From: Pocillopora damicornis
Taxonomy: Eukaryota
Length of the DNA stretch: 64,000 bases
Reading direction: 5' to 3'
NCBI RefSeq assembly: GCF_003704095.1
Contig: NW_020847757.1
Location: 1-64,000 of the forward strand
Below, piece by piece: positions 36,875-54,549 of the stretch. A model generated the notes under the pieces. That model saw nothing but the letters and a program-made list of their open reading frames with translations, had not been told where the DNA came from and did not search any database. The first letter of the stretch is position 1. Each line of letters begins with the position of its first letter. Both the position numbers and the translations under genes were made by a program.

Positions 36875-39800
36875 TCACATTCCATTGTATGCCGGCCCCC
36901 CACCCCCCTCGGGAACTACCCAGTCGATATTCTGTCTGGGATCTTTAATGTCACATGTCTTGCAGTGCAGACAGTTCTGGGCGTTAATTTGCAACCTCAT
37001 TCCATCTCCCTCCTCCTTGGGGACATATTCATAGACCCCCGCGGGGCAAAATCTCTGCTCGGGTCCGTCGTAAATCGCCAGGTTTATATCGACGGGTACG
37101 GAGTCATTCCGTAGGGTTAAATGCGCCGGTTGATCCCCCTCGTGGTTTGTTCCGCTGAGAGCAACAGAAGACAGCAAATCAAAGGTAACTTCTCCGTCGG
37201 GTTTAGGGTACTCGATCGCTTTACATTCTTTGGCGGGTTTTAAGTGTTCCGCATCAGGTTTGCCGTTTTTCAGTGTCCATGGCTCCTTGCCGCGAAATAT
37301 GTAATAGAAAATACCCGTATACAACATGGTGCCATATAGACCCAAGGGGCTGTGGAAAGAGGGTCTTATGTTGCGCACGCTCTCAAGTTCCTTCCAGATC
37401 CAGCTCTCCTTTAGCCGTGACTCGTATGAATTCACAAGCAGGCCTGACACAGAAAAGGAAAGACACACGATGTGACTTTGAATGATTGCAGTGAAAAGGG
37501 GTACTAAAAACCCGACAATGGGATTAAAACAGATAAAGAGTTATCAAAATTAAATTACAAATAATGACTTCACTCTTTCACTCTCATGATCTCATTAGCA
37601 AAATTCCTCCATGTCAACCATACAATTCTAATGATGGTAGTTCGAAGACTTCGGTATTGGATTAGTTAATGATCCCCCAAGGCATATTTTGCTTTATTTT
37701 TATCACTAATCTGCTTGATATTGTAAGGAGAAGTCCTACCTTAGACCCTCAGGGGAGTTAAAGCAGTTAAAGCAGTGAAGACAATAAGAAAATAACCTAA
37801 CGTGACAAATTGTATGCCATGGCAGCAAATAGCGAGCGATCACCCGCAACTGTGCTAAAAATCAGGTTTTGACTGGCAAAAGTTTCAATACCTGGTTGGA
37901 CATTTTTACAGGGCATTTGAGATCCAGTGTAAAAAAACGTTTTGTCCCATGAGATAGGCTTCTTGTCAGGTCAAAACTACTCGTGGACAAATGACTTTCT
38001 AATCGACAAAAACTTTTTACCGGCTTTTTTCCATACTGCAAAACGTTAATGAAATAAATTTTTAGTCAACTCTTCACCCTGTGTAATATTCAATTTTTTA
38101 TTACCGTTAAGACTGTCCCAATCAAATTTAACTTACTTTCAAGAAAGAGAATTCAGTACAAATACCTTGTGTATCACAGGGAAAATTTTCATCAGTTATT
38201 GCTTCAAATACACTTTCTGCTGCAAGCATGCCAGACTTCATTGCAGTGTGGGTTCCCTTGATCTTTGGAACATTCATGAATCCAGGACTACAGCCGACAA
38301 GAAGACCACCAGGAAAGGCCAGTTGGGGTATAGACTGAAAATACAATGATTAAATAATGAAAATAGAATAAATAAGAAATCACAAGATAGGAGGTCATTG
38401 GAAAGGGCCTAAAGAGTTTGATAAAAATGTTCCAACCTGATATCCACCCTCGTTGAGTGCCCTTGCACCGTAGGCTATCCGTTTGCCTCCTTCAAATGTT
38501 GGCTTTACTGAGGGATGAAGCTTGAAACGCTAGAGTGCAACACATAATCAATTAATAGGATCACTTTGACAAGAACTGAAGGACCTTTGCTCTGGGCACA
38601 AAGCTGTAAAAGACACTAGCATGAAACTTAGAATTCCACCAGGCCATAAATTTTTTTAATTCATGCTTTCACCATGTGTGTATATGTACTTCATCAGAAC
38701 TGAGCATCCAGACTCACATGTGTTCTTGGTTTGTTTCTTTAACTCCCAAGATCTCATTAGTAATTCTCCTTACTGTCTGCCAAATGATTCTCATTATGTT
38801 AGTTTGGAGAATTTAATATCAGATCAACTAGTAATCCCATAATTGGTATTTTTCTTTATTCTCATCACTTGTCTACATGATATTGTTTAGATATAGTAAG
38901 GAGAAATTCTGTCTTGGTCACTCATGGGAGTTAAAGGGTTAACTCCTTACAGTATTTTATATCCTCTGTGTTATTCTCTAGACATTTCCTAAGGTGCTGA
39001 CAAAAATAATCAAACTTTCCTTATTTAGAGTACATGCTAAAAAGTAAAAGACAAAATTTGTATGACACAAGTTACCTGAAATTCTTTGAATGGGTACAAA
39101 TAGGGATTGCTGTAATCCAATCCAACCTAAACCAGAAGAAAAGATACCATGTCATAAAAACATTGAAAACCAAAAATTTACTATACTGGTAGACACAAAA
39201 TGCCACCATTTGCAATTGCCTGGACTGCTGAAAGCTGAATTTCTTGTGATGTCCATTTGTCATCCACTTACCACAAAACCAGCAGCAACCAAAGGTGTTT
39301 CCTCATCAAGGTGATACAGAAATGAACCTCCATATGTAGTTTTATCCTGTTAGAGAAAAAATTAAAAAAATCCTCATAGGGAGTCTCTTGGAGATAACAT
39401 GAGTCTTTAAGTTTTATTAAAGATCACATTCAAGAGTGCATCACACGATTCAGATAATTTCAATCAAAACATACCAGAGGCCAGCCAACAGTGTGCTCTA
39501 CTCTTCCAGGATGGTGTTTCTCAGGAGCTACTTCCCAAAGCTACATAAAAACAGCCTTGCATTAGATACTATATAACTTATGGCTTTGACTAAGGGCTAC
39601 CACTCAAAACTTCAGCTCTTGAAACTCTTTACGATTGGCCTGTGTCCATTATCAACTCAGTTGATAATATCAAATCATCTGGTAATACCAAGCCCCACAT
39701 AGCACCACTGTTTCTTTGAAAACTAACACTTTTTAAATGAGTTCTAGGTCTATGTAATGAACTAAAATCACTACTTTGATTATTCAATTGAGGTTAATGA

Positions 39801-42800
39801 GGTTTATAAACCACTGCAGCAAATTTTAAGAAGCTAATAATTTTAGGAGTCACCCTTTGCCTTTCACTGGTGCAAAGTGTTGCAAGGTTAGTGATCACAC
39901 TGTCAGATATCAACTTTTCACAATTCATTTTGATCTCTCATGTACTGTTTAAAGCTTTAAGTGGATAACCAACTCGATGCTTCACTTTCTTTCTGGTAGA
40001 GCACAGCACTGATGGTTTTGATCATGCAAGAAAATAATTGTTAATACTTTAACTCCCTGAAGAGATATACATGTATCTTCTCCCTACAATATCCATACAT
40101 TTGCCAGAGAAAGGGTTACAAGAATGCCTAAACTTATCAGGTGAAACTTGCTAACTAGATCTAACACCAAATTCTGGTAAATAATTTACAAGGAAATGTC
40201 TAGCGGTTAAAGGGAAAATTAGAATCAGAGCTTAAGGGTTACAACCAGCCAGAAATCCTTGTCCAAATATACAGAGCTAAAAGGGATACACCCAAAAATC
40301 TTGAGAGACCAATAAAGAAATATGAAGAACACCAACTTATTACTTAAACTACAAGTCAAGAATTACCTCTTTGAGCCCAATGGCATATGTTTGTGGATCA
40401 CAATTTTCTCGCAGGTTGAACTTCTTGTACAAGTTCTTGGCCAGATAGCCATGACATCCCTCACCAAATATGGTCACTTTTGCATGAAGTTCCATGCCTC
40501 GCTCAAATGTTGGCTGTGATTGAATGCATACACCATCATCAATTCTCACATTGATCTCATATTCTCAAAACAGTCTTTATAGTGAATGTACGACAGAGAG
40601 TTAGGAGAATTTTCAATAAGATCTTGAGTCAGAATACTGACCACAATGACCACTCAGCCTTATCTTTCTATTTTCAACCTTGCTAATCCTCAGTTCCACT
40701 ACATTAAGAATTCCCTTTTACACAGACCATTTCTATCAAACACAAGTAAGCTACTGTTATGATAGCATTCTTTCATGGTGCATCGTGCAGGTTGAAACAT
40801 CTGCTTACCTTAGGAGCACCATCTTTTTGGATACCAACATCATTTGTAGCAATTCCCTTAATGCTGCCATCATCATGATACAGCACCTAGCAATGGGTCA
40901 TGAGGACAAATTCAAAACTAAAAATAAAAACATACCATTCTGATACATGTTACGTTGACTTCGACCCTTTAATTCTCTTAAGTGATTAACATGTAACTTC
41001 TCCCTTTAATATCCATACGTTATCCAACAAACAGGTAATGAGAACAATCAAACTGATCAGGAAGAAGTTGTTAAATTTATCATCTCATCCACTCTACAAA
41101 TTCTGGGCAAGATTCCTACTAAGAGTGACAACTCACTTCACTGGCTGCATATCCAGGGTATATTTCCACACCTAATGCTTCAGCTTGCTCACCCAGCCAA
41201 CGAACAACATTTCCAAGACGTACAATGTAGTTACCATGGTTGTACATGGGCAGCCCTGATGAAATAAGGAACCAAAAATCTAGATAATCAAACATCATTG
41301 TCATCATCTCTTTTAAATCTAATGAAGCTATTCCAGGTTACAAAACACTGTTTATAGTATCGTTTTGTGAGGGGAGGGGGGAAGAGAAAGAGAGAGAGAC
41401 AGAGAGAAGAGATTTCCAATGAAGGAGTCCCTATTAGGAGGTTTGCAGTGTCAAAACCATGCCCTTGTGCTCAATTTGCATTTGCTACTTCACAAACTTT
41501 GTTTCCTTCCCTCCCTTCCATTTTATGGTAAAAATATAAAATCAACATGCAATTATGCCAGTGTACTTTTGACAGGTAACTGTGGGTGTGCTGAAGTTTG
41601 GTAATCATGGCCACCACTGTTACTTTAAAGTACACCTATCCTCCCATGATCTTGACAAAGTGTTTTTAGATAGCACTTGCTTAATAGTGACTCCTACTTT
41701 AGATCCAGTTGCTTGTGTACATATCTCACCTGGCAGTATGGGGACAGGAATCCTTCCAGTCTCTGTGAGAATTGCAAATTTATCCTCCTTTACCAGTGTA
41801 TTGAGAGGTGCCTAGTAAAGCAGAAAGCAATTTAATAAAAACCAAAGCAAAGAAAAAAATCCTTATTCCTTAAAATATGGTTTAATTTCAAACTTAAGCA
41901 TTTTGCTATAGATGACATAAGAAGTTTGAGCAATTTGGTAAAAATTATTCAAATGAAGATCTCAAGGAAAACAGATATTTTTTTTTAACATTAACAGAAC
42001 ATTGGAATAAGTTTGCTGAAATTTCTTACTCTGATGGTAATAGTTCCTCCTTCCAACTTTATTCACATGCATCAAACAGATCAGGACAACATGACAACCA
42101 AGAGGCAAGATTTTTGTATAACCACAAAATTCACCACATACACTGTTCTTTGATTAAAGCAAACAGTGGCCAGGAAATTGATCACAGTTGGACTAAAGCA
42201 TTGTTTAAGAATATTATGAACTAAAACAAAAATCTTTTCCCCAAGTTATCAATGAGGAGTTCTCTTCGCAAAACACTTAAAATTGTTTCATTTGGTTCTT
42301 ATAGAAAAGTGTAGCACCAAGAGAGAGTAATTACAGGTTAGTTCAGATCCTAGGAATACAAGGGCTAACTTACCCCTTTGTCTTTCCAGTCAGGAATAAG
42401 TTCATTAAGTGCTCTTGGCTCCAGGCAGGCGCCAGAGAGAGTGTGCCCACCTGAAACAAGGGATTTTAATGAAAAGTGAACTCAATAAAGTGAAAAAATT
42501 AAAGAACAAATTGTGGATTAACCGTGCTGTCCTTTCTACCAATGAGATGAGAATGACAGCTGCACCAGAGTTTACTTACAATATGTATGTGTCTGAAAAA
42601 TGCAAATTTGCACTTGTCTTAGGAGGGGTGGATAGGGGGTGTGAATGAGGGGTGTCCCAGAATCCCGTCCGTCTCAGTAACATACGTCGGCCGATCAAAA
42701 AAACAAAATATAAATTTATTTTTCTCACATCTCTTCAATGTGGCTCAAAGGGCTGAAAAATGTTACTTTAAATGGTTAAGCAATCCCATTAAGCGTGCGA

Positions 42801-43377
42801 TTAATGTAATGCTCAATTCAAACGTAGCAAAGACAGAAACAAGAAAAAGAGTGCGGAAATCCTACCGATTTCGGCAGCTTTCTCGACAAGACAAACTCTA
42901 AGTTCTTTCCCTGTTTCTTCAGCCAATTGCTTTAGTCTGATTGCTGCTGATAAGCCTGCCGGTCCTCCACCAACTATAACTACATCGGCTTCGTCCGAAA
43001 ATCTCTCCATGTCTACTTCTGCAAAAATATCAAATACAGTTGCGTCTGACATAGTGGGAGCACAGTACTGCGTTAATCTATGTCACAGAGTAAAGCAATA
43101 AAATCACCTGGTGAAGCAATACTTGAAAATTAAGAAAAGTAAAACATTACCTTTCCATCTTGGATCAGTTTCTCGCGGTACGACGGTGTAATGAGTCGTT
43201 AGTTTGGGTACAGCTTCACTTGAGCAAAGTCTGTTATGTAAGACTGGTCGCAAGGCTAAAAGAAGTGACAAGAAGACGAACACCATAAGATCAAGCGCAG
43301 TGTGGCAAAAAACGAACGAACGACTTTGTACCTCTGTGCCCACTTTTGCCAAGACTCAAGACACGATTGTTCCACAT
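36875..43377 (-). CDS. ETFDH: Electron transfer flavoprotein-ubiquinone oxidoreductase, mitochondrial, 14 exons
   Basis: Phase-consistent exons: 43377-43344, 43255-43151, 43018-42866, 42450-42374, 41811-41730, 41255-41137, 40886-40809, 40513-40367, 39540-39475, 39346-39272, 39126-39076, 38529-38437, 38334-38166, 37443-36875. FAD motif [40 protein letters not shown], and the 4Fe-4S region RFCPAGVYE...[13 protein letters not shown]...[12 protein letters not shown]. Confidence 0.97.
38738..38942. mobile_element. piggyBac-type MITE (subfamily A)
   Basis: ttaactcccaagatctcattagtaattctcc...atgggagttaaagggttaa. Confidence 0.8.
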
Positions 43378-43785
43378 GTGTGCGTTGATCAATAGTAGAG
43401 AACCAAAGTTAAGGAAAGTGTGATATGAAAGTCCATCGATGAAGATTATCAACACAGGAAACACGCAACAATCCAAAGGTCGAACTTTGCGCACGTAGAG
43501 TTGTGCGTTATACCGCTGAGTAAAACATCTTGACCGAAGAGAAAACGAAGTTTTACGAACGGTTCACGACTGTAACACGAACCTCAACGAATAAACAAGC
43601 TCCGACAACAATATTATTTTGATTGGGAAATTGAAGACTGGAACGTTTCGAAGTGAAAGTAACAAGAGGAAACGAACGATTTGTGGCTTGATTTTCCTTC
43701 CAACTCTATGATTTAAGGAACAATTATTCCGCGCGTTGACTTATTACGCGCATTGATTTTGCGTGGCATAAGTACTTTGCTTTCA

Positions 43786-48189
<4,404 letters not shown>

Positions 48190-48434
48190 AAACTGCACGT
48201 TTCGAACGCTCGATCATGGCAATTAAAGGAACTTAATGTGTCAAGACTAACAATGCGTCTCTCAGGTCGCGTTTATACTAATTTAAACGAATTCGAAAAG
48301 GGACAACAAAAAAAAGCTAGATTTATTGATATTTTCTGTTTTCACTTTTAATTTTAATAATGGAATTAAGTTATTGAATAATTAAGTAATGTTACCATTC
48401 ATTGAATTTTGAATGAAGGGAAGAAAGCAAAACG

Positions 48435-48645
48435 TCACCCTTTGACTCCGAAGATCTTCTCTCAGTGGTTCCTCTCACTGTCTGTTATACAATTCTTATG
48501 TTGTCAATTCGGAGATTTTTTTGCTGGATCAACCAATAATCCCTTACTGATATTTTCGTTTATTCTCATCACTTATCTGCTGATATGGTATTGATATAGT
48601 AAGAAGAAATTCTGTCTTGGTCATTCCTTGGAGTTAAAGGGTCAA
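48435..48645. mobile_element. piggyBac-type MITE (subfamily A, decayed) between TMEM184C and bZIP A
   Basis: tcaccctttgactccgaagatc...ttggagttaaagggtcaa. Confidence 0.75.
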
Positions 48646-49057
48646 GTCTACGCTAGAACAGATAAGGCCGTCAACCGCAGCTATTTATAAACCAAACCAT
48701 CAATTACAGACCGAGTTTATGTAATTCCTTCAAATATACACACGTAAACACACACGTTCTTTTAAACTGAAAGTGTTACGTCACGTGAAACACTCTGTCG
48801 AGTTCCGTCTCCTATCGGCTGTGTACTCGTTATAAAAGCAAAGGTTGTATATTTAATGAGGAAGTCTCATTGCCACCTTGTTCTACGTCGTGGTATAACT
48901 TTAGGATGCTAAGTGTAAGTATTCGTACCTTCAAATAATTTCAGTCGCACGCACACATTATTTAATTACGTGATTTATTAGTTGACAGTGGGAACGTCTA
49001 TGCTTTCACGCCGGCTAATACAAAATGAATACTTTTGTTTTTTTTTTCAAAGAGAAA

Positions 49058-51478
49058 CTATTGCCAAGGAAGCGAGCGCTGTTGTTGCCGCTGATGTTGA
49101 ACCATGAAATTTGCCAGCATCATTTTTAGCATGGCATTTTCTTTCTCAAGTTCCTCCATCTTCCTTGCGACCAAGCGATCTTTGTCTCTCTTCGCTTGCC
49201 GAGATTTTCTCGCAGACATATTGTTGCGTGATCGATTTCTCCAGTATTTCTCATCTTTGCATTCATCCGGGACAGAGTACCTGCTTCTTTTCCATTTCTG
49301 ATCAGAAACGCAATCAACAGAATCTAGGTTGTTCCTATCCTTTGGGTAAGAATGAGGAGAAAAATGACATTCGAAGGTGGCAACCTCTGTTGGAGAAGGA
49401 CCGTAAGCATGTCTAGGTTGTACAGGGTTGAAAAACGTAACAGCAGCACCAACTTGACAATCCACACCTGCGTTCCTGTATGACGTCATCATATTACGCT
49501 GGTGATCCTCTGCAACATTTGTCTGTGAACCTCCTTCTGTTTGAAGAGATGAATCCAGGTTCTCAAGCCAATCAATGGCAGAGGAAGCCATATCGAGTCT
49601 GGTAAGTTCAGGTGTCAGTTGGAAATCGCAGTCGACATTAAGGGGGCTGTATAACTGAAAGTCATAGTAATCCTTGCCGTCGTCTGAGAAGACCGTTGAA
49701 CAGGGTGAACTTCTACTTGATACATTTTCGGGAGATGGCAAATTTTGACAGAATCTTTCTCTGCCTGTCAGAGGGGTATAAAAGAAAAATTGAAAGATTG
49801 CGTGCGTTGAATTTTTATACATTGTAGAACCCAAATTGTTAAAGCTAAACTGAAACATTTTCTACCCTTCTCGACCTTAATTCTGTACTGAACATACGAG
49901 GCCAAGGTTTCCTCAAACACCAAGCTTACTTTTTAGTCTGACCTCTTTGTACTAGTCTCGTGTGCTCAAGCGGAAAATTAAAATCATCAACCTTTTTTTG
50001 AGGTTATGCTTCAGAGATACGACGCTTGAATCCCGAAATCTCCAATTTCTGCGTAATACTTATTCTAAAATTCAAGAAAGACGCATTTTTAAGTCGAGTA
50101 GTTCCATGAAACTGTTATTTTTTAAAACCTGGTCCTTTCATCGTCCACATAAAATTTTTAAGTGTCACTTTAGTTTTCGTTTATCGTTGATTATTTAATC
50201 GGCATCTTCAGTTTTCTTGAAAGTGAGGAGAATTTATGGTCTCATCATTCATGGGAGTGAGTGGGATTAAAGTCTTTGTGCATGGCGTCATTTAGAGAAG
50301 TACTTTGTGTTAAGGTATATATGGTCAGGATCTTCGAACTCTCACATTCCACACGCTTAAAACAACATAACCATTGCATGTTTTCGAAGGACAGCATTAA
50401 ACCGGCTCCCGCAATAAAAAAAATAGATGCTTTAAAATTTAGAGAGAGGTTTTAATGCTCGTTTTGTCACGAGTGTGCGACTAAAAATCCGACCCCCAAG
50501 AGGATTCCAATTTCACATCTCCGGTTTTGGCACACCTTTGCACTGCCTCGATTAAGGACCAGAGAGGTCTTTGATGGACAAGGCCATGTTACTAATCAGC
50601 CAAATACTTTTCCTTCTTTTTGCAGCTATCAAAACTTTATTTTGGCTTTCCTTTTTGGTAGATATTCTAATATATGTCGACCAGCCCTCTTGTTTCGCGG
50701 ATTTGTTTTTGTTCCTGGTCAACAATCCGTAAAATTATTATGAATGGATACATTTTAAAAACCTGGTTTGCAAATCATTTACGAAGACCTTTAATATCAA
50801 GTGAAAGCTTCGAACAGGCAAATTGATGCTGACTCTAACGAAAATAGAATAAAATACACTGCTTGCATACTGTTCGGCGCCATGGTGAGACAATATTTTA
50901 AGTTTTGATCATGAGACATTTTAATTTCGAAAAACTCAAATCAGGGCCGCCCACACTATTCGGATTTTTGCATAAATTGGATTTATTGCAAAGTACTTCA
51001 CGCAAATGGGAGTTTTTAGTTTAGTTTCGTGGACTGTTACAAAACCTAGCAAAATTAATTTGTCCACCGTAAACCGTAAATCGTGTGCACAAGGAGCTAT
51101 GTCTTTGCCGATATCTTATGAAATTTATCTGGGATCCAAGATAATTAGCGAGGACTTTAATCTATTGTTTTACAAAAACTAGTTTTTTAAAAGTTGGGTT
51201 GTCGTACGAATTAACTTTAAATACTTGACGAAGGCTTAGGTTGTCAAAGAAAATAAATTCGGTTTTGTTCAGCCACAAAAATAAATAACATGTGGTGGAA
51301 TGAGATTGTTTTGACCAAGGTTCTTCACTCGTGATAGTTGGGAGTGCCTGCATGAATAGGATGAACTGCTCTCCGGGAAGGCATACGAAATTTCTAGCTG
51401 AGCTGTTGGATAAAGTTATCCCTCTTTTTAAACTACTATAATACTAACATTACCTGGGATGAATTTACGTGCGGCCAT
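49058..51478 (-). CDS. PAR-type bZIP transcription factor A (TEF/HLF/giant-like)
   Basis: Main exon 49764-49058 (ctgacAG acceptor, phase 1) encodes VPDECKDEKYWRNRSRNNMSARKSRQAKR plus zipper MEELEKENAMLKMML. Two candidate phase-1 first exons: 51478-51454 (MAARKFIP, CAG|GTAATG) and 50883-50871 (MAPN, A|GTATGC). The first-exon choice is tentative. Confidence 0.85.
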
Positions 51479-54018
51479 TTTTGAATTCTTGTAGTGGCTG
51501 CCTTAGTAAGATATCGTCCGTCGAGGCTTTGATCATCAACAAAAGCTATGACTTTTCAGCTTTTATTTGGAAGGTTCGAAGATATGCATAACTTGATGAC
51601 TAAGAAAAAAAAGTTGACAATTGTAAATGGGCATGGTTGAAATAAATTCAAAGAATTGGACACCTTTCTCCGGACTGATTTCCCTCGAGTATTTAAAATT
51701 CATTTATTGTTTTCATTTTGCTGGACTAGTGGTCTAGAGAACGAGACGGTGTAAACATTCAATTTGACGCCGTGGGCGTTAATATGCAGATAAGACGAGT
51801 AACATGGAGCTAAAAGGCAAACATTTATGTTCTGACATTGAGTCATTTGTTAGAAAAACTCGATTATGTCCGGAGACGTCTGAAACTTACCGAAGATGAC
51901 ACGAAACTTGCCGAAGATGTCATCATCATTAACATCCTTTTGTTTAGTAGTGCAGGTGAAAAAAAAATTGAATGCCAATAAGATCAACGTAGACCTATAA
52001 TTTACAAAAATATTGATTCTCATATACTGATTGAACAGAGACTAATAAATAGGCACCCGTATTTATAGAATTTCTCTTCGAGTGTTCGACTCAAAATATC
52101 ACGAGTGAAATGGTTATCCTGTTAGACGTATTTGCCAAATGTCTCATTCTTCTCAGGGCACCCACCTCTTTTGGATAGTTGTTTTGCTGTCCGAAAGTAT
52201 TTCTAGTGTCTCGAAGGGTCAACACAAACTGGTCTCTAGTTCGGCCTCCTCTCTCACGAGTAAGGGTTTGACCGATGCGTATCGACTTTTCTTCACTCGT
52301 ATCAATTCGGATTTGTTTTACGCGACAAAAATTTTTCATATGCGGCGGTCAAGGCTCTGATAGTTCGAATCTTTCCGCGCCATGGGCCTATTTCTTCAAA
52401 GTCACGGTAACATAACGAGCCCAAAAATATATTTTGAAATCGAAATCTAAAGAGTGGTGAAGCTGGCTCTGACGCTCTAACCAACCATTCATTTTCTCAA
52501 TTTTCAAAACTTTTTAAAACCTATCTTGAAGGGAAACAGAATAGTTTTACGAGCCCGTTACGTTACCTGAACCTTCGAGAAACCAAAGTGGGCCCTAGGT
52601 TCGATCCTGTGGGGAGCGAAGTAGTTCGGACGAGTGTTTAAACTGTCAGCGGAAAAAGACAGAGAGTTCCACACAGCAGGCTGACTTCGCTGAAAGAAAG
52701 ACTGCTCATAGTCTGGTCAGATAGTTTACACGTGCATAACTACTATCAGAATTTTAGCCTAAGTCCATGAATCCTTCATTTACAGATGATAAATGGCGGG
52801 AAAATTTGTGGTCGTTTCATCACTGTTATGGTGACATTAACGAAGGACAATGTAATTTCGAATGAAGTTGATTTTTCTAATATAAAATCATAATCTTTTA
52901 ATCGAATAGTGATCATCCTTATCGAATGAAAATTATGTTTGTTCGCGTGACGTTGAATGTAATATCGAATGCCGGAAATTATTTTTTTTTTCAACGAATT
53001 GGAATATTTCCAACGGCTTAAAATCCACAATTTATCAAATGCCAATATTCTTAAAGAATAACGTAAATCATTGATCTGATGACATTTCTCACAATTCATG
53101 GAGGGAAATGAAACAGATGAAAATATCGAAATATCGAAACCGCCCAAGGTTAGAGATCATCTTTAATAGGGGCTTTCCCTGGATAAGAACAGTACTGTGA
53201 AAAAAGATAATTGAAAATTTAGACGAGGAAGTGCGAGATGGAAAAGTTCTGTGAAATGGGAGTGTAAAAAAAAAAAATAATTCAACGGTTGAGCACGTAA
53301 TAAATGCAGTAGTAAACGGCTTACTGAGATACTGAAAAGTGTTTATCTTATAAATTTGATATCGCCAATCACTGCTGAAAGACCTACCCGCATGTTACCC
53401 GCCTTTCGTACCACTCCACTCTTCCGTCAAGTTGTTGAGGGAAAAGGAAAGCGTTTCTTGTCAGTGAAGGAACAAGATGATACATGGTTGCTTGAAGTTA
53501 TGGAATTTATCTTCGGGTGTTCAACGCGATATCTCACGCGTTCGGCGCTGCGTTCACATGCCGTGCTGAAAACGTACCCACTATCAGTGTAATCTGTAAT
53601 CCCGGACGATGGGGGGAATCCTAGTGTCGAACGCAGTCAATTTCGAGATAACAAAAAAACATTTTTTCCATAAAAAATACAGCAGCACCAAAGAACAAAG
53701 GTAAACGCGCAACCAAAACAGAACGGCTGACTGCAATGTGCTGTTAGAGTTTATAAGAATGTCAATTTGGGAAAAAAGTTCAGCGAAATTTAACGGAAAG
53801 ACCTGTGAATGTGCTTTCCTCCTTTCCTCTCCAAAGACCGCCTATTAATTTGCTACCAAAGTCTTACTAGTTTGTAAAATTTCATGGTTATCGAGACAGG
53901 ACACCCAATTTTAACTGTCTAACCACAGGCTTGACAGCCTTTCTTCACGAGGACGGTCATGTGTTGTGGTTTTAAAGAACGATTTGTATTGCATAAGCCG
54001 AAACCAAAAGAGAGGCAA

Positions 54019-54411
54019 ATTACATAATCGTGCGTGACACGGCAGATATTAGATAAGATTGCTCCAATCTTCGGAAAATGGACTTCAACTTAATAGAAAA
54101 TTTCGATGATAATTAAATTTTTGACTTTAAAACCTGATCGCTGCTAAATTGCCCGCATAGAAATTGGATCGCGGAAAGCTCAGTCACGCGCTTCGAAGTC
54201 ACGACATTCCCCTAGACACGTGTATCGTCACACGTGGTTCGTTACACATAAATTTGCAATGTGACTACGTCTAAGCTGAAGAAACCGGAAACGTGAGATC
54301 CAACGTGAGTTTACCAACGTCGACCAATCAAATGTCTTGTTATGTAATACATTACATAAATGTTTGAAATTTAATTGATTCACACTCCTTTGTAATAGAA
54401 GCATGCACGTG
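54019..54411. promoter_or_regulatory. E-box/D-box cluster upstream of PAR-bZIP B
   Basis: CACGTG at 54217, 54231 and 54406. D-boxes ATTACATAAT at 54019, GTTATGTAAT at 54339 and ATTACATAA at 54351 (the last two form an inverted pair). CCAAT near 54324. Confidence 0.7.
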
Positions 54412-54549
54412 TCTCTCGTTCGTAAATAAACTACCGGCGAAATAATTGTCACCAGTGTAGTCTTGAAGAGTCACCGAGTCATCGCGAAACTAGTTAGCGA
54501 GCGATTCAGATCTTGTGGCAGATTACCTTACGAGACGCCGTCAAAACTC

